DNA from: Nitrosopumilus sp.
GTDB taxonomy: Archaea; Thermoproteota; Nitrososphaeria; Nitrososphaerales; Nitrosopumilaceae
Assembly: GCA_963662625.1 (NCBI GenBank)
Contig: OY759726.1
Coordinates: 1,056,001-1,120,000 of the forward strand
Direction of reading: 5' to 3'
Length of the DNA: 64,000 nt
How positions within the stretch are numbered: the first letter of the stretch is position 1; the number at the start of each line of letters is the position of its first letter. A program made the position numbers and the translations under genes. This document shows, one piece after another, positions 10,145 to 18,756 of the stretch. The notes beneath the pieces were generated by a model. That model was not told the DNA's origin, did not search any database, and saw nothing but the letters and a program-made list of their open reading frames with translations.

Positions 10145-10494
10145 ATGCAACACCAAAAAGAACCACAGGGGCACCGGCTTGAGGTGGCGGGCAAGGCGTT
10201 TAAAACGTTGCCACGGCTGCTTGGGAAGGCGGGCATCAGGTTCTCGGGCCGGCACAACGCCGCGTGCGGCATGGCCGACTTCGTGCGCGTGCTGGTGTCC
10301 ATGTGCAGGGACCGCTCGTGCGCGTCGGGCGCCGCCGGGGCGCTCGCCGTGCGCCACGGGCCCCGCCGCGTACCGTCGTCGACGTGGTTCCTGTCCAGGA
10401 TAGGGGGACGTGCCGGGACCCCGGCGCCATGGAGGGCGGGTGCAGGGACGCCCTGCGCTCCACGGTGCGCGGGGCCCGTCGCGCCGGGATCATC
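10145..10494 (+). pseudogene. Possible ISH3/IS4-like transposase N-terminal fragment, interrupted by the IS110 copy
   Basis: DFVRVLVSMC...VPSSTWFLSRI helical segment reminiscent of archaeal DDE transposase N-termini; frameshifted, ends at the IS110 boundary. Confidence 0.4.
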
Positions 10495-11535
10495 GGGGGG
10501 TCAACCCCGGCGCGCCTTACCCGTCCTGGCCAGCTTGCGCCGGTACAGCCTCTCGTTGCGGGACTCGTAGGGTGTCTTGGTGGTCAGCATGTGCCACATT
10601 ATGGTGACCATCTTGTGGGCCACCACGATTATGGCCGGCCCGTGCATGTCCGCGTGCCTCCGGCGCGCGGACGCGTACACGGCCTCCATCCTGGCGTCGT
10701 GCCGCACTGCCACGTCCGCGGCCTCGCACGTGGCCCGGCTAGCCAGGCTGCTGGAGTCGATCTTCTTGATCCTCCCCGCGTGCAGCCGGTTCCCCGACTG
10801 GCATGCGGCCGGGCACAGCCCGGCCCACGACGCCATCTGCCTTGGCCCCCTGAACCCGGGGACGTCCCCCATCCCTGGGGCCATCAGCACCGCGGCGAGC
10901 GTGCCGACGCCGGCCGTGCCGGCCGGCAGCCTCGCGTCACCGTTGTGGGCGGCCCCCGTCCCGGGGAGCCCCTCCGTCACGGAGATCTCCTCCGTCAGGT
11001 GCCCCGCCTGCCGGGCGCACTGGCCCAGGACCAACCCGTCGCACACGGAGCCCGGCCCCGCGGATTCCAGCTGCCCCAGGGCCTTTTCGGAGTGCATGGT
11101 GGAGGCGTCCATTTGGATGTCGTGGCGGCCCGGGAGGCTGCGGGCGCGGCTTGTCACGCGCGTCCTGTCCCGGGCCAGCCTCACCCTATGCCCGGCCATC
11201 GCGCGTATCCCCCTGGTGTGGCCCGGGGGGACGCAGCGCTCCGGTATCATGCCCGTTCCCGGCACCTGCGCTATCTTCTCGGCGTCCACCATGTCGGTCT
11301 TCTTGGCGGTCCTGGCTATCAGGGCCATCCTGTGCGTGTTGGCCAGTTTGATGCCGGTCCCGGTCGCCCCGGAGGCGCCAGACGTCCTGTCCCGCATGTT
11401 GCCAGTCGTCTCGCGGGCGGCCCTGCAGGGGCCGCCGCCCAGGCATGCCTGCGCGCCATCGCCCCTGCGAACTTCGCCGCGCCGTCCCGGGTGTCGGGGT
11501 ACTGCCCCCTCCCGGGAACCTTCCCGTTCCCGTCC
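10495..11535 (-). mobile_element. Second, inverted and end-truncated copy of the degenerate IS110 transposase
   Basis: Near-identical reverse complement of about 7693-8730; lacks the flanking non-coding ends and the first codons. Confidence 0.88.
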
Positions 11536-11572
11536 ACCTGCATGGTGCCCATCCCCGCGGGCAACTGCACGC

Positions 11573-12127
11573 TCACGCCTTGCGCAGCAGCGTGAACCTC
11601 GCCCTGTCCGGCTCGATCTCCTCGTGCATGTCCACGTTGCTGATCACCCTCACCCCGTAGCCCCGCCACCTCCTGTACATGTTGCGGTACCTGGAATGCC
11701 CGTCGATCCGCCCCTCGTGCTCCCCGAACCTCTCGCAGTTCATTATGTACCTCCTGGCGACCCTGTGCATCTCGGCGACCCCCCTGTCCAGCGTGGCCCC
11801 GTCCAGGTAGTTCAGCAGCCCGTGCGTGAACACGAGGTCCACCGACGCGTCCCCGAACGGCAGGCACGAGATGTCGCCCCTGACAAATCCCCCGTGCGGG
11901 CACCCGCGCCTCGCCATGGCAAGCGCCCTGCAGTTCGGGTCGACCCCGTAGACCCCGGCGGTCTCGGGGAGGAGCCTCAGGTCGATCCCCGTGCCGCACC
12001 CCGCCTCGAGCACGCTTGAGCACCCCAGCGACGCGGCCAGGCCGCTGACGTACCTGGCGAACTCCGCGTTGTACCTGGCCTCGTTCCCGTCGGCGTACCT
12101 GTCCCAGAAGCCCTCGTCGTACCCCAT
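11573..12127 (-). CDS. Class I SAM-dependent methyltransferase
   Basis: VLEAGCGTG, GVDPN, LPFGDASVDLVFT motifs. Confidence 0.88.
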   Translation of the reverse strand: MGYDEGFWDRYADGNEARYNAEFARYVSGLAASLGCSSVLEAGCGTGIDLRLLPETAGVYGVDPNCRALAMARRGCPHGGFVRGDISCLPFGDASVDLVFTHGLLNYLDGATLDRGVAEMHRVARRYIMNCERFGEHEGRIDGHSRYRNMYRRWRGYGVRVISNVDMHEEIEPDRARFTLLRKA

Positions 12128-12161
12128 GGAACCCCCACGCGCAGCCGGTATTTGATGCTAG

Positions 12162-12326
12162 TCACCTGTGGGCGCACGCGCACGGGACCATCTCGGTGTC
12201 AAACGCGCAGTCGTGCGGCCCCTCTGACCTGCCGTCCGTGGGGATCTCCTTCATGCACTCGCCGTGGCGGCCCTTCCTGCAGAACCAGCACACCCTGTAC
12301 GTCTTCCCCGGCGCGCACGACCCCAT
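12162..12326 (-). CDS. Small Cys-rich protein, 54 aa (below the ORF-track cutoff)
   Basis: ATG...TGA: MGSCAPGKTYRVCWFCRKGRHGECMKEIPTDGRSEGPHDCAFDTEMVPCACAHR; GC3-rich, co-oriented between ilvE and the methyltransferase. Confidence 0.65.
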   Translation of the reverse strand: MGSCAPGKTYRVCWFCRKGRHGECMKEIPTDGRSEGPHDCAFDTEMVPCACAHR

Positions 12327-12366
12327 CGGAAACACTAGCGGGATTGCAGGTAAAAACCTTCGCGGG

Positions 12367-13281
12367 CTAGACGAACTCCAGCCACCTCAGGAACCTCTCG
12401 TCCCTGCCCGTGGCCGCGTCCGTGAACGACTTCTGCAGGGCCCTGGTGACGGCCCCCATCTTCCCGTTCCCGATGCTCACCCTGTCGATCTGCGTCACCG
12501 ACTTTACCTCCGCGGCGGTACCCGTCATGAACACCTCGTCTGCCAGGTACAGGTCGTCCCTGTCCAGGTCAGCCTCCTCCACGGAGCCGCCGTCCTCCTC
12601 GATGATCCGGATCACGCTGTCCCTAGTGATCCCCCCCAGACCCCCCGCGGAGAGCGGGGGCGTCCTGACGGCGCCGTCCTTGACCACGAAGATGTTCTCG
12701 GCGCTGCCCTCGGCAACCTTCCCGTGCATGTTGAGCATTATGGCCTCGTCATAGCCGTCTTCTAGCGCCTCGACCCTAGCGAGCGCGGCGTTGGAGTAGT
12801 TTGCGGCGGCCTTTGCCTGCGTGGGCTGCGACCGGGAGTCGATCTTCGCCCAGCTCGAGACCTTGCACCTGGCGCCCTCGAACTTTCCCGCGCTAGACTC
12901 GCCCATCTTCCACTCCCAGCACGCGATGGACACGTCCACCCTGTTCTGGGTGGGGGTGAGCCCCATCTTGCCGTACCCGTAGTACGCCAGGGGCCTGATG
13001 TAGCACTCCTTCAGGCCGCTTGCCCTCACGGTGTCCATTATGGCGCCGCTGATCTGCCTCTTCGAGTACCGCATCCTCATCGAGTACAGCTTTGCTGACC
13101 TGAAGAACCTGTCGACGTGGTCCGCCAGCCTGAACACTGCCCTGCCCCTCGCGGTGTCGTAGCACCTGATCCCCTCGAAGATGGACGTGGAGTAGTGCAG
13201 CGCGTGGGTGAGCACGTGCACCTTGGCGTCCCTGAACGGGACCAGGCTGCCGTTCATCCAGATCTTGCCCGCCTCCCTCAT
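12367..13281 (-). CDS. ilvE: Branched-chain amino acid aminotransferase
   Basis: HALHYSTSIFEGIR, AKAAANY, EGSAENIF, GITR, EVFMTGTAAEV. Confidence 0.95.
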   Translation of the reverse strand: MREAGKIWMNGSLVPFRDAKVHVLTHALHYSTSIFEGIRCYDTARGRAVFRLADHVDRFFRSAKLYSMRMRYSKRQISGAIMDTVRASGLKECYIRPLAYYGYGKMGLTPTQNRVDVSIACWEWKMGESSAGKFEGARCKVSSWAKIDSRSQPTQAKAAANYSNAALARVEALEDGYDEAIMLNMHGKVAEGSAENIFVVKDGAVRTPPLSAGGLGGITRDSVIRIIEEDGGSVEEADLDRDDLYLADEVFMTGTAAEVKSVTQIDRVSIGNGKMGAVTRALQKSFTDAATGRDERFLRWLEFV

Positions 13282-13456
13282 GGGTGATAACAAAAACCCT
13301 ACCAATTTAAAGAATTATCTCGAGCGCTCCCCGGCATGACCTGCCGCGCGGCCCATCCCGGACCGGCCCCCGCGGGGCTGCCTTCCGCGCCTGGAAGACC
13401 GCCCCGCGAGACTGCCAGGCAGGAAACTACATATTCGATCAGGCGTAACATAATGC

Positions 13457-13660
13457 ATGGAATGGTACCTGGGAATCTCCGCGATAGCGCTCCTCGTGGT
13501 GGGCCTCGTCGGCCAGGCCTTTGAGATGAGGAGGATCAGGGTGGCCGCCTACCAGGGCGGCATGGGATCGTCGAACATTTTCCTGGACCGGCGCAACTTC
13601 AAGTGGTACGGCCTGATCGGGCTGGGAATGGTCATGTGGTACGCCGCGGAGCGCATGTGA
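13457..13660 (+). CDS. Small two-TM hypothetical membrane protein
   Basis: 67 aa with two hydrophobic segments; AT-rich promoter-like sequence upstream. Confidence 0.7.
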   Translation: MEWYLGISAIALLVVGLVGQAFEMRRIRVAAYQGGMGSSNIFLDRRNFKWYGLIGLGMVMWYAAERM

Positions 13661-13844
13661 CGCGCCCGGGCCGTGCCTGGGGGCGCGCGGCGGATCATGT
13701 TCTATATAGATCAATGCTAAATACCCGAATGGCGTACCAACAGCATCGCGTGTTTTGGGTAACGCCGGACTAAATCTAGATAACGGTCCAAGAACAAACC
13801 CACGTTGGCAACCACCGGTGAAACTCCGGCGTTGCCACTGACAC

Positions 13845-15248
13845 TCATCTGATCAGGGCCGATGCCTGGTGCACGGCCCTGATGGCCTTCTTGATGTTGC
13901 CGCCAGAGTCCTCCACCACGATGATTATGCGCGACGTCTCCTCCTGCGCGTCCATGTTCAGTATGTTCAGGCCCGCCTCGCCTATCTTCGCGCTGGTCCT
14001 CGACGCGACGTGCTGCGCCCTCCACATCCCGTCGCCGATCAGGGTGATGACGCCCCTGTTGTAGGTGATCGCAGCCAGCGGGTCAAACGCCAGGAAGTAC
14101 TTCTCGTTCCGCCTCACATAGTCCCCGTCCAGGAACAGTATCCTGGAAAACTCTATCCCGTCCCTCGTAAACGGCGACAGTATCACGAACTCGCTGTACC
14201 GCTTGTCCCTTTCCAGCGACACCAGCAGCTTCTGCACCTCGCTTGTCTCTATCCTGAATATGGCGCAGTTCTCCCTCCCAGTGACGATCTTGATCGGCCG
14301 CCCGCCGTCGCGGTCGGGGATCCTCTTTATCGTCGTGGTCTTCGAGGGGTCCCCCATGTTGGTCACCGTGATCGGCACGTCCACGCCGTTTTCGACGATC
14401 TCCTTGATCGCGATCGGGTCCAGGATCTTCATCCCGAACATCCCGGCGAGCCTCGCCTCGTTGTACGACAGCTGGTCCACCTCGCTGAGCCCGGAGTCCA
14501 CGACCTTGGGATCCGCCGACACGACGGCGCTGTCCTTCTCAAAATCCACCCTCGTGTCGTAGTCCTTGTGGAACAGTATGCCGATGTCGGCCGCCGTCCT
14601 GTCGGAGCCCCCCCTCTCGTAGGTGGTCATGGCCCCCTCGGGGGTCCTCCCGATGAAGCCGCCGATCGTGACCACGTCGTTCTCCTCGACGAGCCTTGCC
14701 ATCTCCCCCATCCTGGCCCGCGACTCGGCCGCGAGGAAGTTGGTGGACTCGATGTTGTGGTCCGTGACGATCGGCCAGTCCTCGAACCCCACGGAGCGCG
14801 ATCTCACCCCGCTGCCCCTCAGGACGTGGTCCATCACCTGGGACATCAGGATCTCGCCGGAGAACGCCAGCGCCCTGGAGCGGACCTCGTCTGCGAACTC
14901 CCGCCTCTCGAGGGCCTCGTCGAGCGCCTCCTGGGCCATGCCGAGGCCAAGCCGGACGGCGTCCGCGCACTCGCCCGCGCCCCCGGCCCTCTCCAGGATC
15001 TTGCCGTAGCAGGCGCCGGCGGCGTCCAGCGACGCCCTCGTGCCGGACTCCGCGTTCCTCCCCTGCTCGAGCACCACGTCGGTGAGCGAGCGCCTCTCCC
15101 CGCCCGCCACGGTGAGGGGGGCCGAGAACACGGCTACCACCTTCGAGTCCCGCCCCAGGTCGCCGATCCTCCTGACGATCGCCGGTATCGACGTGCCGTC
15201 CGTGCCCAGGGCGCTGCCCCCGAACTTCGCTACTACCAGGTTTGCCAC
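13845..15248 (-). CDS. lysC: Aspartate kinase
   Basis: VVAKFGGS, RGGSDRTA, SADPKVV, LSYNEA, C-terminal ACT-like region. Confidence 0.93.
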   Translation of the reverse strand: MANLVVAKFGGSALGTDGTSIPAIVRRIGDLGRDSKVVAVFSAPLTVAGGERRSLTDVVLEQGRNAESGTRASLDAAGACYGKILERAGGAGECADAVRLGLGMAQEALDEALERREFADEVRSRALAFSGEILMSQVMDHVLRGSGVRSRSVGFEDWPIVTDHNIESTNFLAAESRARMGEMARLVEENDVVTIGGFIGRTPEGAMTTYERGGSDRTAADIGILFHKDYDTRVDFEKDSAVVSADPKVVDSGLSEVDQLSYNEARLAGMFGMKILDPIAIKEIVENGVDVPITVTNMGDPSKTTTIKRIPDRDGGRPIKIVTGRENCAIFRIETSEVQKLLVSLERDKRYSEFVILSPFTRDGIEFSRILFLDGDYVRRNEKYFLAFDPLAAITYNRGVITLIGDGMWRAQHVASRTSAKIGEAGLNILNMDAQEETSRIIIVVEDSGGNIKKAIRAVHQASALIR

Positions 15249-15294
15249 GGTACATTACGGCTCCCCGCGGTCATCTATTAAGGATTGGATCGCC

Positions 15295-16317
15295 TCAAAG
15301 CAGGCCCCCGATTATCCTCCCGGCCTCGGCCGCCCCCCCGCCCCGGGCGGGCCTCCTGCCCCGCCCGAGCCTCTCCGAGACCAGGTCCGCCAGCCTGTCG
15401 ACGTCCCCGAAGGAGAACCCCTCCCGGCGGGCGTTGTCCTCCTGCTCGAAATGGCCCCTTATCGGGATGAAAACCCCCGGGGTGCCGTACGCGTTTGCCT
15501 CGTCTATCGTGGACCTGCCGGCAAGCGAGACCAGGGCGTCGGCCGCAAAGACGTACTCGTGCAGGTTGTCGACGAACCCGATGTCCCTGGCCCCCCGCCA
15601 CGCACCGCCTGCCCTGCCCAGGGACGGCCCGGGGGCCAGCACCATCTCGGCGCCCCCCCTTATCCCGGGCGCCGCCTCCAGGGCCTTCTCGATCAGGAAG
15701 CCCCCGGCGTCCGTCCCCCCCACCGACACCAGGACCGTGTTCCTCCCAAACGAGAACCTCTCCCTCAGCTCCCCCCTGGAGAGCGACGCCTGCCTGACCA
15801 CCGGGCCGACCCTCGATACGTTGCCGCTGTCCTCCCCGCGCTCCGGCATGATCACCGCGTCGCACCTCCCGATGATCTCGCGCATCGCCCCGTTCATCGC
15901 CCTCTCGATGACCGACGCCGGCCATCCGGCAAAGCGCGTCTCGAGCACGTCCGTTACCAGGACCGTCGGGATCCCCATCTCCTGCGCCACGGCCAGCGAC
16001 GCAAAGTCCTCGTCGCTTGCCACCAGGCGGGGGCGCCGCGCCCCGATGACCCTCCTTGCCGCCGCCTTGCATTCCCTGTAGTACCGGTAGTAGCCCAGCA
16101 GCCACCTCCCCTGGCCGGCCAGGCGGCCGTCCCTCACCGCGAACCGCGGGGGGTCGTACAGGTCCTCGGCCGCGAAGCCGGCCCCCCTCAGGAGCCGCGC
16201 CGCGTGGCCCCCGGAGACGAACCCCGCCGGGACGCCCCCCATGGCCCCCGCTATGGCGATGTCCCTGGCGGCGTGGCCCAGCCCTATGGGGCTGGTAAAG
16301 AAGAGCAGGCCGGCCAT
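15295..16317 (-). CDS. GT28/MurG-like glycosyltransferase
   Basis: GLGHAARD, VSVGGT, AGRSTIDE, PIRGHFEQEDNA. Confidence 0.85.
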   Translation of the reverse strand: MAGLLFFTSPIGLGHAARDIAIAGAMGGVPAGFVSGGHAARLLRGAGFAAEDLYDPPRFAVRDGRLAGQGRWLLGYYRYYRECKAAARRVIGARRPRLVASDEDFASLAVAQEMGIPTVLVTDVLETRFAGWPASVIERAMNGAMREIIGRCDAVIMPERGEDSGNVSRVGPVVRQASLSRGELRERFSFGRNTVLVSVGGTDAGGFLIEKALEAAPGIRGGAEMVLAPGPSLGRAGGAWRGARDIGFVDNLHEYVFAADALVSLAGRSTIDEANAYGTPGVFIPIRGHFEQEDNARREGFSFGDVDRLADLVSERLGRGRRPARGGGAAEAGRIIGGLL

Positions 16318-16464
16318 GGCACCACGCCGCGCCCCCCACATTTCTGCATTCCCGGCGGCGGCGGATCCTGGGGAACGAGGCGGGCGCCGGGTCCGGTGGC
16401 GCGCGGGGGCAGCGGCGGGGCCGGCCGCTCAAAGTTTAAATGGTTTTCAGCGAGGTATGTCTCT

Positions 16465-16539
16465 GGGCCCATAGTCCAGTTCGGTTATGACGTCGCCCTT
16501 ACACGGCGAAGATCCGGGGTTCAAGTCCCCGTGGGCCCA
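16465..16539 (+). tRNA. tRNA-Val (TAC)
   Basis: GGGCCCA/TGGGCCC acceptor; TCGCC-CT-TAC-AC-GGCGA anticodon arm; TTTAAA box upstream. Confidence 0.95.
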
Positions 16540-16834
16540 TCCAGGCTTCGGACTCGGGCCAGCCTAGCGCGGCCTGCCGCCCGGGCCATGCGTCATTGCC
16601 ACACGCAGGACTCGAGGATGCCCGCGACGTCCGCGGGAATGGCGGCCACCCCGTACGTCCTGACCATGATCCTTTTCTTCCCCGCCGCCAAGAGCCCGCG
16701 CCGCCCAAGCCTTCCCGCCGTGGAGGCGGGCTTTTCGTCCCGCCGCCATTCCGCAGTCCACTGGCCGCATCCCTGGGGCACTTCTGGGAAGACCGCACGG
16801 CACCGGTTTGTTTTTATACCCTCTCCCAACAATC

Positions 16835-18109
16835 ATGGCATTGAACAAAGCCCTCATTGCCGTACCGATAATCGCGGTGGCCATAATCGTATCCATCGCG
16901 ATGAGCTATTCCGCGGATCCCGGATCCGACATGCAAGACCCGGTATCCCCGGCGCAAGACCCGGTATCCCCGGCGCAAGACCCGGGATCCCAGGCGCAAG
17001 AGGCGCCGGCCCTGTCAGGCGACGTGAACCTGGGCGTACTGCTCCCGCTGACCGGCGACCTGGCCAGCCACGGGGAGGAGGACAGGATGGCGGCCCTGCT
17101 CGCGGTGGACGACTTTAACGCGTACCTGAGGGACAACGGCAGGGACTGGCAATTTACCAGCACCGTGGAGGACACGCAGACAAACCCGGTGATTGCGCTG
17201 GAAAAGGTCACGGCGCTCAACGCGAAGGGAATAAACGTCGTGGTGGGGCCCGCCACCAGCGCGAACATAAGGAACATCATAGGGTACGCCACCGCGAACA
17301 ACGTTATACTGATCAGCTGCTGCAGCACCGCCCCGGCGCTGGCAATAGCCGGGGACAACGTCTTCAGGACAGTCCCCGACGACACCAAGCAGGGGCCGGC
17401 GATCGCGGACCTGATGAAGTCCCGCGGCGTCGAAGCCCTCATTCCAGTGTGGCGGGCAGACGCCTGGGGCGACGGCCTGAGGGACGCCACGGTTGAGGCG
17501 TTCTCCTCGTCTGGCGGCGTCGTGGACGACGGCATAAGGTACAACCCCGAGTCCCCGGAGTTCTCGGCGTCAACCTCGCTCCTGGCGAACCAGGTCCAGC
17601 AGTACGTGGACCAGTACGGCGCCGACAAGGTGGGGGTGCTTCTGATCTCATTTTCTGAGACCCTCCAGTTCATGCAGTCGGCCTCGGCGCACGACGTGCT
17701 GGACGACGTGAGGTGGTTCGGCTCGGACGCCAACACCAACGAGCAGAAGATCATAGAGGATCCCATAGGGCTCCAATTCTCCCAGGCGGTCGATTTCACC
17801 ACCGTGCAGTTCGCTGCGTTTGACAACCCCGTTAACAAGAGGGTGAAGGACCACATAGTGTCGGAGCTCGGCAGGGTCCCGAGCGTCTACGCCTACACCT
17901 CGTACGACGCCGTCTGGCTTGCGGGCCTCGCGATCGACGCGGCGCAGAGCACGGAGACGGCGCAGATCAGGGAGAACATCATCCCGGTCGCCGCCGACTT
18001 TACCGGCGCGGTCGGCTCGACCAAGCTCAACCCCGCGGGGGACCTGGACTCCTCGGACTATGCCGTGTGGACGATAAGTGACGACGTGTGGATAGTCATC
18101 GACCAATAG
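16835..18109 (+). CDS. Membrane-anchored ABC-type substrate-binding protein (branched-chain amino acid/LivJ-like fold)
   Basis: N-terminal TM; LGVLLPLTG, VVGPATS, STAPAL, FRTVPDD, YDAVW. Confidence 0.87.
   Translation: MALNKALIAVPIIAVAIIVSIAMSYSADPGSDMQDPVSPAQDPVSPAQDPGSQAQEAPALSGDVNLGVLLPLTGDLASHGEEDRMAALLAVDDFNAYLRDNGRDWQFTSTVEDTQTNPVIALEKVTALNAKGINVVVGPATSANIRNIIGYATANNVILISCCSTAPALAIAGDNVFRTVPDDTKQGPAIADLMKSRGVEALIPVWRADAWGDGLRDATVEAFSSSGGVVDDGIRYNPESPEFSASTSLLANQVQQYVDQYGADKVGVLLISFSETLQFMQSASAHDVLDDVRWFGSDANTNEQKIIEDPIGLQFSQAVDFTTVQFAAFDNPVNKRVKDHIVSELGRVPSVYAYTSYDAVWLAGLAIDAAQSTETAQIRENIIPVAADFTGAVGSTKLNPAGDLDSSDYAVWTISDDVWIVIDQ
16933..17000 (+). repeat. 21-bp in-frame tandem repeat (QDPVSPA, about 3 copies) in the linker
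   Basis: GCAAGACCCGGTATCCCCGGC twice plus a degenerate third copy. Confidence 0.85.
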
Positions 18110-18143
18110 CCAGCTGGTACGCGGCACTGGCATGAGCATGTGG

Positions 18144-18190
18144 TAGCCACCCGGGCGCAGTTGCCCCGATGGATCGGCGCCCGGCAGCGC
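18144..18190 (+). repeat. Solo degenerate copy of the IS110 left end
   Basis: TAGCCACCCGGGCGCAGTTGCCCCGATGGATCGGCGCCCGGCAGCGC aligns ungapped to 7460-7506. Confidence 0.75.
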
Positions 18191-18642
18191 TACGGCACGG
18201 TGATGCCCTTCGTGAAAGAGAGCGAGTTCTGCTCAAAGCCGAGGCGCCTGTAGAACTTGTGGGACTCTTTGCGCACGTTTGCCGACTCCAGCCTTATCCT
18301 GTGGCACCTCTTCTTCTTTGCGTGCGCTATGCACGCGTTGACCAGCCTCTTGCCAGTCCCGCGGTTCCGGTGCCCGCTGTGCACTATGAGCTCCGCGATG
18401 TACAGCTCCGGCGTCAGGCGGTTCAGCCTCGGCAGCAGCACCATGCTTGCCATCCCGACCACCTCCCCGTCCTCCCTGGCCACGATGATCCTCTTGTCGG
18501 GATCCGAGGTGTACCTCTTCACCATCCCCTCGAACGCCCTGGCGTCCGCGTCCTTTTGCGGCCTCGGGCGGCCCAGCGCATACGACAGCTCCAGTATCGC
18601 CGGGGCGTCCCGGTACGTTGCGCTCCTTATGGCGGCGGCCAT
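18190..18642 (-). CDS. GNAT-family N-acetyltransferase
   Basis: LYIAELIV..HRNRGTGKRL, HKFYRRLGF. Confidence 0.88.
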   Translation of the reverse strand: MAAAIRSATYRDAPAILELSYALGRPRPQKDADARAFEGMVKRYTSDPDKRIIVAREDGEVVGMASMVLLPRLNRLTPELYIAELIVHSGHRNRGTGKRLVNACIAHAKKKRCHRIRLESANVRKESHKFYRRLGFEQNSLSFTKGITVP

Positions 18643-18756
18643 GGTGACAGTATCACCGTAAAATAAAAAAACGTTGCACAAAACCGTCCCGGTGCGCGCT
18701 CCGCGGCAGGGGCCGCCCGGGGGGCCCGCCCCGGGCTCCGGCGGGGCCTCCGCCGG

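Noticed and set aside
5531-11570. Provirus or integrative element at tRNA-Lys
   Set aside because: No integrase, structural genes or duplicated tRNA 3' end found; it looks like an IS graveyard
16560-16800. Possible decayed gene after tRNA-Val
   Set aside because: GC-rich short ORFs with no motif I can assign
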